From the NCBI GenBank assembly GCA_964016885.1, contig OZ024759.1, forward strand, positions 31,868,001 through 31,932,000: a DNA stretch of 64,000 bases. The letters are read 5' to 3'. Numbering within the stretch: position 1 is the stretch's first letter; every line of letters starts with the position of its first letter. Positions 1-12,775 of the stretch are shown here, in pieces. The stretch is from Eledone cirrhosa. Lineage: Eukaryota. The notes beneath the pieces were generated by a model that worked only from the letters and a program-made list of their open reading frames with translations, ran no database searches and had not been told where the DNA came from. A program made the translations under genes and the position numbers.

Positions 1-112
1 GTATGTATATATATATATATATATGTATGTTGTATATATATATATATATATATATTGTGTGTATAATGTTTATGTATGTATATATATATATAGTGTATAT
101 ATGTTTGTATGT

Positions 113-145
<33 letters not shown>

Positions 146-202
146 TGTGTGTATATGTTTATGTATGTATATATATATATAGTGTATATATGTTTGTGTA
201 TG

Positions 203-238
<36 letters not shown>

Positions 239-529
239 CGTGTGTATAAATGTTCTGTAGGTTCAAGGACGTATGAAACACCACACAACCTACCCCCAAC
301 TCCTCACATCTTCTGAGGGTCGTTTAAACCACCGCCACCACCACCACCACCACCAGCAGTAGCAGTAGCAGCAGCAGGCAGCACCACCACCACCAGCAGC
401 AGCATGGACATGTTTAATTAACGCTAGATATTTCTAGCCCACCAATTATCTTAACACACACAAACATATATATATATATTATATCCACAGAAATATATCT
501 ATATATACACGCAGACAGACACTAAAATA

Positions 530-569
<40 letters not shown>

Positions 570-624
570 CATATGCATACAAATAATTACCCCCCCCCCC
601 CTATATATATATATATCTAAAATC

Positions 625-897
625 TTAGATCTGTCTTAAGCCAGAAGGCTCATTTGGCCGGTGCTGATCCCGGTTTCATGGCGTGAAGCGACTGAGAGTA
701 CAAGACCCCCCCTGGATAGGACGCCAGTCCATCGCAGGGTTAAACCTCCAGCTATTGCTGGTACTCATTTTCAGCTGAGTGTAGTGGAGCAACGTGAAAT
801 GAAGTGTTTTGCTCAAGAACACAACGCGCAACCCAGGAATCGAACCCACGACATTATGATCGTAAGTCCAACACCCTTACCACTAGGCCACGTGCCT

Positions 898-899
<2 letters not shown>
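625..899 (-). mobile_element. Near full-length tRNA-derived SINE
   Basis: The minus strand starts GGAGGCACGTGGCCTAGTGG (A box) and has GGTTCGATTCC (B box). It continues into the TTGTGTTCTTGAGCAAAACACTT...CTCAGCTGAAAATGAGTACC body typical of mollusc SINEs. Related heads occur at 1959, 28966 and 43805. Confidence 0.85.
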
Positions 900-957
<58 letters not shown>

Positions 958-1178
958 GCTATAATCGGTTTCCATCAAAATGCAATGTGTTTATGGCTTC
1001 TAACTTTAGATACAGATAATAATATTATATATTATGGTATAAATAAACTATTATATATATAGTCATCACAATACATATAACTTTAATAATAGTTGACAAC
1101 TATAGATAGAAGTTGAATAAATCAATTAAAGTATCCATGGAGATGGATTTCAAATGTATCAACGTCTTTGTAAATTAA

Positions 1179-1244
<66 letters not shown>

Positions 1245-1552
1245 CACATACATATATATATACATATTTAATTGTCTGATTATTATATAACAGATGACAT
1301 AGAAATACGCATCACAGGATTACGTTGTAAATAGAATGTTATTAAATTATAACATACTGCTTCCAAGTCATTACGGACACACACACACACACATATCTAA
1401 AATAGTGTGTCGCACAGGACAATGACAGTGCGAAAATCAATGGAAAAAAACGGACAGTCCAACCTCCTCACTTCAGCAAATTTGTTTGTTACTAAAGGTG
1501 GTATCAATGTTAGCACTGAATGTTAAGGCAGGGTGTATAAATTAGTTTGATA

Positions 1553-1673
1553 AACAAGTCTGATGAGGAGACTGATGTTGGAGTCTATATCACAAATATA
1601 TCACACATATATATGGTCTATTTCACAAATATGAATATTGAGCCAGTCATCTGTGAAACGTACGTAACTGGTT
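1553..1673 (+). ncRNA. Type I hammerhead ribozyme with long (~88 nt) helix II
   Basis: AACAAGT-CTGATGA-[long stem II including GACTG/CAGTC]-GAAACGTACGTA-ACTGGTT. Stem I has one mismatch, helix III is the palindrome ACGTACGT, and the cleavage triplet is GUA. Confidence 0.7.
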
Positions 1674-1728
1674 AATAAAAAATAAGAACACCAATGTGAA
1701 ACATGTTTTACTCAATATATATATATTT

Positions 1729-1945
1729 AGAAGTAGTACCACAACAGTTAGTTCACCATACCGAGAACAAATGTTTCACCTCATTCGGAACCTCAGCTCG
1801 CTTTAGACTGAGCTGACGATCCGAATAAGGTGAAACATTTGTTCTCGGTATGGTGAACTAACTGTTGTGGAACTACTTCTACGAAACTCGTCCCATGGAC
1901 TGAGTGCTCTACTACTACGGATATAACCCTCCAGTGTTCTACTAT
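1729..1945. mobile_element. Fold-back short repeat (Penelope pLTR-like, family C)
   Basis: Inverted arms at about 1729-1800 and 1807-1880. A second fold-back copy of the same family lies at 27907-28124. Confidence 0.75.
1807..1849 (+). ncRNA. Minimal hammerhead ribozyme
   Basis: ACTGAG-CTGACGA-TCCGAATAAGGT-GAAACATTTGTT-CTCGGT. Stem I is ACTGAG/CTCGGT and the site is GUU. The inverted arm carries a CTGAGGT variant core. Confidence 0.7.
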
Positions 1946-1958
1946 TATATATATATTT

Positions 1959-2180
1959 GGTGAAGGCCGTGTGCTGAGTGGTTAGAGAATTGGATTCACA
2001 ATCTTGAGGTTGTGAGTTCGATTCCTGGACCGGGCGATGCGTTATGTCCTTGAGCAAGGCACTTTATTTCACGTTGCTCCTTCTACCTGGAGTTGCGACC
2101 GATAGATAGTATTAGCAACTGGAAAGACCGACGGAAACATTGTTTCCTCGGTCCGATTTGACGAAAGTCGATCCTTCCAA
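1959..2180 (+). mobile_element. tRNA-SINE head joined to a ~100-bp distinct tail
   Basis: A/B box-like head (GCTGAGTGG, GAGTTCGATTCC) and TGTCCTTGAGCAAGGCACTTT, followed by a tail shared with 28966-29175. Confidence 0.7.
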
Positions 2181-2429
2181 AATATATATATATTTATAAT
2201 GAGTAAAACCTAAGTTGCAGCTGCACTATAGCAGATGTCAATCGAATTATAAGAGGCAGCCAAGTAACTCTCAATAAAAGTGAAGAATTGATATATTTCT
2301 ACCCCAGTGTGAACACAAGTAGTTATGGAATTGTGACACCAAGAATAAAGTGGCCAGAAGCGTGTTGCCAATACAACAGCGATATATACAAGCAGGTCGA
2401 ACATATATATATATATATATATATATATG

Positions 2430-2645
2430 ATAAAGTATGACCCCGACGGCAGAGCTCAAGCCGTTTCGACGGCTATTTCTGGACTAAATTAGTAAAAAAT
2501 TCTAATTTAGTCCAGAAATAGTCGTCGAAACGGCTTGAGCTCTGCCGTCGGGGTCATACTTTTTCCTATTACCCACTCTACTACCCTAAGTATTGAGTAC
2601 TCTGGTGCGTTATGGTCCATCTGGTTCCTTACCACATCTCCTTCG

Positions 2646-2650
<5 letters not shown>
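2430..2650. mobile_element. Fold-back short repeat (family F) carrying an HHR 3'-half-like motif
   Basis: Inverted repeat centred near 2495 containing GAAACGGCTTGAGCTCTGCCGTCGGGGTC. Other copies at about 8270-8340, 14120-14350, 19548-19610, 38913-39080, 46392-46530 and 49736-49853. Confidence 0.75.
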
Positions 2651-2704
<54 letters not shown>

Positions 2705-2724
2705 CTATGTATTATTTGGTGTAT

Positions 2725-2840
2725 ATCCCGCCCAGGTTAACTTTGCCTTTCATCCTTACGGGAGTCAATAAAATAAAGTACCAGTAATGCACTGGGCTCG
2801 ATTTAATCAACTTTTCCTTTCACCAAAATTGCTGGCTATC
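2725..2840 (+). mobile_element. Partial octopus-type SINE (GCCTTTCATCCTTACGGGG domain)
   Basis: Matches the body of the fuller copies at 24815, 33812, 40030 and 43215. Confidence 0.7.
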
Positions 2841-2850
2841 TGTCCTCCAG

Positions 2851-2901
2851 GGCTTCCTGATGATTTCTCCCGAATGAAACAGTTCTAGTCCTGTAGAAGC
2901 C
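2851..2901 (+). ncRNA. Type I hammerhead ribozyme (family D)
   Basis: GGCTTC-CTGATGA-TTTCTCCCGAAT-GAAACAG-TTCTAGTC-CTGTA-GAAGCC. Stem I is a perfect 6 bp, stem III is ACAG/CTGT, and the site is GUA. Confidence 0.85.
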
Positions 2902-2902
2902 A

Positions 2903-2934
<32 letters not shown>

Positions 2935-2938
2935 CATA

Positions 2939-3075
2939 TGATGGCTGCAAACTCTTCTAAGAGTATTGCAATTGCTTGTCAGATTACAGAAAATGGCGCA
3001 TGTTTAGGCTACGGCCAGCCACACGAACCTGTAACATAACCTGAACAAGCAATGTCTGTGCTTTGAAGGTTTTTT
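2939..3075 (-). mobile_element. 3' end of RTE-like LINE
   Basis: The reverse complement ends TTGCAATACTCTTAGAAGAGTTTGCAGCCATCA followed by (TA)n, matching the 3' end at 15040-15075. Confidence 0.6.
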
Positions 3076-3179
3076 AAGTGGGGAAAGGCCTAGCACTCGG
3101 CCAATCCCACTCTCTACCCGAAAAGGAGAACTGGTCAACATCATCGGATGCTTCCGTGCCGCAGGTTTTTCTTTTCCAG

Positions 3180-3210
<31 letters not shown>

Positions 3211-3214
3211 AAAC

Positions 3215-3287
<73 letters not shown>

Positions 3288-3291
3288 CACA

Positions 3292-3379
<88 letters not shown>

Positions 3380-3409
3380 TCATATATATATATATGAAAG
3401 AATTGCTTA

Positions 3410-3732
3410 AATATATAGACAGACTGAATAAAAAATGGCGTAGACATACAACACAACAGGAGGAACAATGAATATAACACCACTGACGATGTTGCAGATG
3501 TGCAACGAAAGATTTATGTAAATTATGTAAACTATATATATGTGTTTGTGTCTATATTGTATCTGTATTATTTTTGACCGCCGGTCAGTCAATGGCAACA
3601 TTGAGGACCGAGTAAGTTAGATCGCAGATATAAAAGACAGCGAGAAGCGAAAACCAACCAAACAGTGAGTGTGTTCTGTTATTAATTCTGGCAATATTAC
3701 GCAAATATGACCCTCCCCAAATATAACAATAT
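3410..3732 (+). mobile_element. Solo pseudo-LTR of Penelope family A with HHR-like core at 3479-3520
   Basis: Near-identical to 37590-37916, downstream of the GIY-YIG ORF. Contains CTGACGA-T-GTTGCA/TGCAAC-GAAA. Confidence 0.85.
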
Positions 3733-3877
3733 ATATATATATAAATATAATGTAGGAGGTGAGTTTTATTGTAGTACAATAAAGCAATGCAGATATCGGA
3801 TAAGAAGCACTCTACAGTTTGTGGGACTGGAGTATGCATAATATAAGATCAAAAGATGGTTAAAGGAGTTCCATATA

Positions 3878-3944
3878 TTTTATTATGCGCATTTCAAAAA
3901 CAAACATCATCATGCAATAATATTTGTGTTTTCATCAGATAAAA
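3878..3944 (-). ncRNA. Hammerhead ribozyme (family B, minus arm)
   Basis: Reverse complement of the 4075-4141 motif. Confidence 0.85.
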
Positions 3945-4074
3945 CAGGAGAACATGATATGAAGGCTAAAAAACACTTGTTGATAGTGCAGTTTTAAATC
4001 AACATATGTTGATATGTTGATTTAAAACTGCACTATCCACAAGTGTTTTTTAGCCTTCATATCATGTTCTCCTG

Positions 4075-4141
4075 TTTTATCTGATGAAAACACAAATATT
4101 ATTGCATGATGATGTTTGTTTTTGAAATGCGCATAATAAAA
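4075..4141 (+). ncRNA. Hammerhead ribozyme (family B, plus arm)
   Basis: TTTTAT-CTGATGA-[AAACA...TGTTT stem II]-GAAATGCGCATA-ATAAAA. Stem I is perfect, helix III is the palindrome ATGCGCAT, and the site is AUA. Confidence 0.85.
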
Positions 4142-4349
4142 TATATGGAACTCCTTTAACCATCTTTTGATCTTATATTATATATAAATATATATATATA
4201 TATGTACACACACACACACATCATATATATATATATATGAAAGAATTGCTTGAATTAAAATGTCTAGCTACGCATTTGGGGAACGCTCGGGTGTTATTAT
4301 GAACACCACGGAGGTGCTAACGGACGTAATCACCTAACCCAACATCCGG

Positions 4350-4445
<96 letters not shown>

Positions 4446-4619
4446 GACGTGGTTGGTGGAGGTTTAATTAGAATGGTCAGTAACACGGGATTGACCTCCA
4501 GGGGTCAACTATGAGAGTGTGTTGTTGTTAGGGGGAGGGAGAGGGGACAGAGTGTAGGAGGGGGAGAGAAAAGGGGACAAGAATGACATCCAGAACTGCA
4601 GTATTTAAAGGTACACACC

Positions 4620-5600
4620 TTTCCTCTCTTTCACTCTCTCTCCCACTCTCTCTCTCACTGTTTCACTTTCTCTCTCTCCCACTCTCTCTCTCACTGTTTC
4701 ACTTTCTCTCTCTCTCTTCCACTCTCTCTCTCACTGTTTCACTTTCTCTCTCTCTCTTCCACTCTCTCCCACTCTCTCTCTCACTGTTTCACTTTCTCTC
4801 TCTCTCTCCCACTCTCTCTCACTGTTTCACTTTCTCTCTCTCTCTTCCACTCTCTCCCACTCTCTCTCTCACTGTTTCACTTTCTCTTTCTCTCTTCCAC
4901 TCTCTCTCTCACTGTTTCACTTTCTCTCTCTCTCTCCCACTCTCTCTCTCACTGTTTCACTTTCTCTCTCTCTCTTCCACTCTCTCCCACTCTCTCTCTC
5001 ACTGTTTCACTTTCTCTCACTCTCTTCCACTCTCTCCCTCACTGTTTCACTTTCTCTCACTCTCTTCCACTCTCTCCCACTCTCTCTCTCACTGTTTCAC
5101 TTTCTCTCTCTCTCTTCCACTCTCTCCCACTCTCTCTCTCACTGTTTCACTTTCTCTCACTCTCTTCCACTCTCTCCCACTCTCTCTCTCACTGTTTCAC
5201 TTTCTCTCTCTCTCTTCCACTCTCTCCCACTCTCTCTCTCACTGTTTCACTTTCTCTCTCTCTGTTCCACTCTCTCCCACTCTCTCTCTCACTGTTTCAC
5301 TTTCTCTCTCTCTGTTCCACTCTCTCCCACTCTCTCACTGTTTCACTTTCTCTCTCTCTCTTCCACTCTCTCCCACTCTCTCTCTCACTGTTTCACTTTC
5401 TCTCACTCTCTTCCACTCTCTCCCACTCTCTCTCTCACTGTTTCACTTTCTCTCACTCTCTTCCACTCTCTCCCACTCTCTCTCTCTCTCTCTCTTCCAC
5501 TCTCTCCCACTCTCTCTCTCACTGTTTCACTTTCTCTCTCTCTCTTCCACTCTCTCCCACTCTCTCTCTCACTGTTTCACTTTCTCTCACTCTCTCTTTT
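4620..5600. repeat. CT-rich minisatellite, ~50-bp variable unit
   Basis: Repeated CACTGTTTCACTTTCTCTC...TTCCACTCTCTCCCACTCTCT. Confidence 0.9.
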
Positions 5601-5692
5601 GCGTTTGAAGGGAAGTTTCACGTATTTAATTAAAACAATACACACACACACACACACACACACACATATGCACACAGGCATAAACATGCATA

Positions 5693-5728
<36 letters not shown>

Positions 5729-5803
5729 TACACACACACACACATATATATGTATTATATATATATATATAACTCAATAATATATATATATATATATATA
5801 ATT

Positions 5804-5842
<39 letters not shown>

Positions 5843-5991
5843 CTCAATAATATATATATATATATAACTCAATATATATAATTAAGTTAACAATGTACAT
5901 CCACATATGTATACTGAAATACTAGTATGCATATGAATATATATATATATATATATATATATAACTCAATAATATATATATATATATAACT

Positions 5992-6051
<60 letters not shown>

Positions 6052-6056
6052 ACTCA

Positions 6057-6094
<38 letters not shown>

Positions 6095-6237
6095 ACTCTA
6101 TATCTATATAGTTAGGGAAGGAAGCAGAAAATTGCTATTGTGATCCAGTTCTTGGTTAAGAAAGCCGGTTTCATGGATGGTTTCAACGCACGGTTAGGGT
6201 AACTCCACAAGTTTGTAAGAATTCCGTTCAATCTTGG

Positions 6238-6512
6238 AGTATAAAGTATAACATATAAAAGAGAAAACACAGGTAAGCATTAAGAGAAGGATTTTATCCA
6301 GGTATTTACGACCGTTTCATTGGTAAGTGCAACCTTATATTGCTATACTGCAAATAGCAGCCACTCAATTATAATTGTTGTTCACAGTCCAAATACTGAT
6401 ATTTGCAGTATAGCAATATAAGGTTGCACTTACCAATGAAACGGTCGTAAATACCTGGATAAAATCCTTCTCTTAATGCTTACCTGTGTTTTCTCTTTTA
6501 TATTTTATACTA
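6238..6512. mobile_element. Fold-back short repeat with HHR 3'-half-like GAAACGGTC
   Basis: Arms at about 6245-6356 and 6400-6511. GAAACGGTCGTAAATACC is present but no CTGANGA was seen. Confidence 0.6.
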
Positions 6513-6586
6513 TATATATATATAAGACATACGCATACATTCACACACACACACACATATTCACATTCATATACAGACATACATGC

Positions 6587-6624
<38 letters not shown>

Positions 6625-6655
6625 TTGTGAATATATACATATGTGTGCGTGAGTA

Positions 6656-6720
<65 letters not shown>

Positions 6721-6768
6721 TAAAATAACAGATTAAAGTTTAAGCAAAGAATCGCTGCTATATATACA

Positions 6769-6807
<39 letters not shown>

Positions 6808-6838
6808 TACTCACGCACACATATGTATATATTCACAA

Positions 6839-6874
<36 letters not shown>

Positions 6875-7397
6875 GCATGTATGTCTGTATATGAATGTGA
6901 ATATGTGTGTGTGTGTGTGTGTGTGAATGTATGCGTATGTCTTACTTAATTGTCACCAATAACCATTACCTCGTTACCAAGTGTGATCGATTTGTCTGTT
7001 AAATGCAATCTTTCTGCATTTGATATATATTATTGTTGTTGTTGTTGTTGGTGGGGTTACAGATGCTGCTGTTACTGACATTATTATTGCTGTTGTTGTA
7101 GTCGTCTCTGCCATTGTTGCCGTTGCATCTGTTGCTGACACTGTTAATGTTGTTTGTCTTAGGTATAAAAACGACCCACAGGTATGTTACCTGTACACTC
7201 TTATAATTTTGGTATATTGATAGATTGATGGAGTTCTATTTACTTAGAACTTAGTATTTCTGGTGTTTGTGTGTTGGGCTTAACATAGTCGAACAATTTC
7301 ATTAAAATATTAACACCTTTCTCATAAATATTCCATAAATATTCTGTCGACGCCTTTAATTAATGGTGCTTTTCTAATTAACAACAAACTAATGAAT

Positions 7398-7437
<40 letters not shown>

Positions 7438-7440
<3 letters not shown>

Positions 7441-8046
7441 GTGGCTGCCAACTCGTTTTCGAGTACGGCCACTACTTTATATCCATGTAGGAGAACCCCT
7501 ACCGATGGGCTGAACGAGTGTGACTTTTTAGTCCAGCCAGCGACTTGAAAACTCTGGTACAAACACTACACTGGTGACAATTATTGACACACAGTGTTGG
7601 ACCCATGGTACCATGTCACGACAAGTGTAGAGAGATCTCCAGATATAAAGCAATGTCTGTGCCGTGAAGCTTTTATAGTGAGCAAAGGCACTGCACAAAG
7701 ACAGTCCCACTCTCTTAACCAAGATGATATTTACCAAAAAGAAGAACAAGTCATCATCATTGGATACCATCAGGGTTGCAGGTGTTATATCAGAGTTTTC
7801 CTTCTCCTAGAATTCTGCCTTGACAAAGGCTAAGGGGTCATCTCTCCCGGTGATTTTGGATGGGCATTGACTCTTAAGAGCTCCGTTGCCCTTTGACAGG
7901 TTTTGGTTTTAGTCCTGCAGGATGTCCAAAGTCACCCTTCCCACCAACAAACCTTGGTGGGGTTGCCAGTTTAGTCGCCAACGACCCAACCATGGGACAG
8001 GTTGTACTGGGATACATGTTACCAGTAGCACCAACTGGTGACCTGA
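7438..8046 (-). mobile_element. ~610-bp non-autonomous RTE-derived retroposon (copy 1)
   Basis: Highly similar to 52973-53581 in the opposite orientation. Its 3' end resembles the RTE 3' ends in this window. Confidence 0.75.
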
Positions 8047-8154
8047 CATATATATACATACATACATACAAGTTTATCCCGGGTTCAATCAGGGGTAACC
8101 ACAGTAAGTAAGGTACTCAATACAAAGCAGAGTATAATTATTTAATATAGAAAT

Positions 8155-8205
8155 GGCTTCTACAGGACTAGAACTGTTTCATTCGGGAGAAATCATCAGG
8201 AAGCC
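8155..8205 (-). ncRNA. Hammerhead ribozyme (family D) within fold-back 8070-8260
   Basis: Reverse complement of the 2851-2901 motif, followed immediately by a plus-strand copy (8206-8250) that lacks the 5' strand of stem I. Confidence 0.85.
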
Positions 8206-8404
8206 CTGATGATTTCTCCCGAATGAAACAGTTCTAGTTCTTTAGAAGCCATTTATATAAATATATACTACGGACTCCAGAAATAGCCGTCGAAACGGCT
8301 TGAGCTCTGCCGTCGGGGTCAAACATTTTCCTATATATACTACGCATATATATGATGTTTCTGTTCTTGAGAAAGTGGGCACCACACGTATTTAGAGGAG
8401 GATT

Positions 8405-9212
<808 letters not shown>

Positions 9213-9264
9213 TAATAAAATAATGAATAAACAAAGAAACAGTTCCTTATATTAAAAAAAATTC

Positions 9265-9402
9265 ATCATTTTACGATCGTTTCTAGGATATATATGTGTT
9301 AGAGTTGGTATGCATATTCTATAGATCTATGTACAATATTTATACAAACTATCAGAGGGAATATACATACCTACACATATATATGCTGTCTTCAGAAATA
9401 AT
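9265..9402 (-). ncRNA. Hammerhead ribozyme with ~105-nt helix II
   Basis: ATTATTT-CTGAAGA-[long stem with ATATATATGTGT/ACACATATATAT]-GAAACGATCGTA-AAATGAT. Helix III is the palindrome ACGATCGT and the site is GUA. It lies in an ~830-bp element (9208-10045) with an internal ~230-bp diverged direct repeat. Confidence 0.75.
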
Positions 9403-10338
9403 GATATTTGTTTATTGAAAAAACAAAGATTCAATACAATAGGTCTGTTTAGGAACAGGTTTTGAATTGACCAATAGAGAGATAGTGAGGGTCAAGGTAG
9501 TAATATAGTAGTAGAAGAACCTTAAATTATGGGTAGAGGAAGGTAGATTTCAGTTTTGGATGGAAAAGAATATTATGAATGAAGGATTATTTTAGGGAAG
9601 AAATAGGTCTTATGCTGACCTCAGAAATAATTTTATTTGTTCATTGAATAAAACCAACAAAGATCTAATATATTCTGTCTGTTTGGTAAGAGGTTTAGAA
9701 TTAACCAATAGAAAGTTAATAATTGGCCAAATGGTAAAATAGTAGTAATTGAAGCTTATTTTAGGGGTGAAAATAGGTCAGGTGGTCAGTAAAAGGTATA
9801 CAAGCAGTTGCTGTTATAAAATAGTAATGCCAATACAAATATCTAAGGTGACTAAAGTTTTACGATAAGAATGTTAGTGAAAAAAATACATCTATGAAAA
9901 GAATATAAATTAATTTAATTGATGGGTTTATTTATATTGATAAAATTATACTAATACATATAGATATGATAAATAAGAGTTAGATGCAGTTGAAAAGTGC
10001 TGTTAAAGATGAGGGGAAATTAAAAGAATATAAAAATAATATATATATATACTTATAATATTATAATGAAATGACAGGAGGCTGGATTTGTGTAAATCCT
10101 TGAAAGGTTTATTATACTATGATCATTTCAATGACGGGTAGTACTCTCTATATTATTGCATTACGATTGACCATACGGAATAGACCAGCTCTATACAGTG
10201 GTGAACCTCAAACTTGAATATATATACTTATATATATATATATATACACATACACACACACATACACACATATATATACACATATGGACACTACCGTAAA
10301 CTTTTGGTAGATTTATCTACATATATATATATATATCT

Positions 10339-10395
<57 letters not shown>

Positions 10396-11183
10396 GACAG
10401 ACACATACATACAATGACTGGTGATAGTCAATGCTCGAATGCTTTCCATCACAAGGGTCTGCTAGCTGTCATGTCTGACATGGGTCTAAGCTATCCCCAC
10501 CACCACCACCACCACACCGCCACCCTCTCTCTCACCCTCTCTCTTTCTAACCTCTCTTTATCACCCTCTCTCTTTCTAACCTCTCTTTATCACTCTCTCT
10601 CTTTCTAACCTCTCTTTATCACCCTCTCTCTTTCTTACCTCTCTTTATCACCCTATCTCTCTCACCCCCCTCTCTTTCTCTCTCACCCCCCTCTTTCTCC
10701 CCCTCTCTCCCCTCTCCCCCTCTCCCTCCCTCCCTCAATCTCTCACTCTCTCACTCTATCTCTCTCACCCTCTCTCTCACTCTCTCCACCTCTCTTCCCC
10801 CCTATCTCGCCCCCTTCTCTCAGCCCCTCTCTCACTTTCACACCCTCTCTCTCTCACTCCCACCCCCTCTCTCACCCTCTCACGCCCTCTCTTACCCTCT
10901 CCCTCACACCCACCCCTCTCTCACCGTCTCTCTCACACCCACCCCCTCTCTCTTACCCAAACCTATATAACCCCACACACTCTTTAACAGGAGCCAACTA
11001 AAGACGTAACCCCCCCCTCTCAGCTGCCATATTACAAGATGAATAACATGGCGACATCTTTCTTTATATATTTCTTGATCTATATTTATATTTTATTATC
11101 TGTATGTTTTATTTATCTTTTACTTACTTATATTTATTTGTTCATCTCCCTCTCTCTCCCCCCCTTCTCTATATGTATATGTA

Positions 11184-11221
<38 letters not shown>

Positions 11222-11383
11222 ACTCTCTCTCTCTCTCACCCACTCTCTCTCTCTCTCACTCTCTCTCTCTATATATATATATCTCTCTCTCTCTCTCCCC
11301 CTTTCCCTCTCTCTCTCTCTATATATATTTCTCTCTCTCTCCCTCTCCCTCTATATATATTTCTCCCTCTCCCTCTATATATA

Positions 11384-11426
<43 letters not shown>

Positions 11427-11518
11427 CCCTCTCTCTCTCTCACTCACTCACTTACTCACTCACTCACTCACTCACTCTCTCTCACTCTCTCTCACACTCT
11501 CTCACTCTCTCTCACTCC

Positions 11519-11551
<33 letters not shown>

Positions 11552-11600
11552 AATATATAGATATATTTCTCTTTCTCCCACCCTGTCTCTCTCTCACCCC

Positions 11601-11634
<34 letters not shown>

Positions 11635-11686
11635 TTCTTTCCCTCTCCCTCTCTATATATATTTCTCTCTCTCTCCCTCTCTATAT

Positions 11687-11764
<78 letters not shown>

Positions 11765-12180
11765 CTATTTATATATTTTTATTTATTCAATTATCTATTT
11801 CATCATTTATTTGTTTATTTATTTATATATTTAATAGGTTGTTTATTTATTTGTTAGGTTTGTTGTGAAATAAAGTCCATGTTTCTTTAATTAATGCGCT
11901 TGGTCTAATGTTTGTAGTTTGTGGGGTGGGGGAAATGACTTGCTCCTCTTCTCTGCCTTCATCGCCGGACGGATGTTTGCAGTCAAGAAAAATATCCTAT
12001 TTATATGGTGTCATAGTTTATTATTTAAGGGGTCTGGGTGGCTGGTGGGGGCCCTGATTTAATATTGTTGGGTGAGGGAACTGTGACTTCATATGAATAC
12101 GAAGGAAATATATATATATATATATAAATATATATATATGTATATGTATAAATATATATATATATATATACACATACATA

Positions 12181-12211
<31 letters not shown>

Positions 12212-12212
12212 T

Positions 12213-12262
<50 letters not shown>

Positions 12263-12532
12263 TGCGGCTAACTAGTGACTTAATATGAACATGAAGGAAA
12301 TATATATATAGGGAGAGAGGGAGGGAGGGGATGAGAGAGAGAGAGAGAGAAGGGGATGTGACGAAAGAGAGAGAGAGAGGTGGGGAGGGGACGAGAGAGA
12401 GAAGGAAGAAAATGTGATGAGAGGGCGAGAGAGATAAGGCTAAACAAATATGTCTGCTATACTTCAACGATGTGACCTGACCGCCATTTTGAAGTCGTTT
12501 CAATTGTTTTTAAAGATCTGATGTCATTTAAT

Positions 12533-12596
<64 letters not shown>

Positions 12597-12608
12597 TATC
12601 TCTCTCTA

Positions 12609-12663
<55 letters not shown>

Positions 12664-12728
12664 AATTAGCTCTCTCTCTCTCTCTCTATCTCTAAATAAC
12701 TGTCCCTCACTGTGTTGTTGCTATTGTT

Positions 12729-12775
<47 letters not shown>

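Larger units (their letters stand above)
3746..4178. mobile_element. Fold-back HHR element (family B)
   Basis: Arms at about 3841-4005 and 4012-4178 around CAACATATGTTG. A near-identical unit lies at 59242-59662. Confidence 0.85.

Noticed and set aside
625-899. tRNA genes at A/B box motifs
   Set aside because: The boxes run into SINE bodies and there is no full cloverleaf.
955-1075. Possible minus-strand HHR (GTGATGA...GAAACCGATT); similar halves at 6160 and 15850
   Set aside because: The core or stem I is missing. At best these are decayed 3' halves.
3841-4178. Viroid-like or ambisense replicon interpretation of two-strand ribozymes
   Set aside because: The two ribozymes are inverted copies of one sequence, explained by fold-back duplication rather than separately evolved plus and minus ribozymes.
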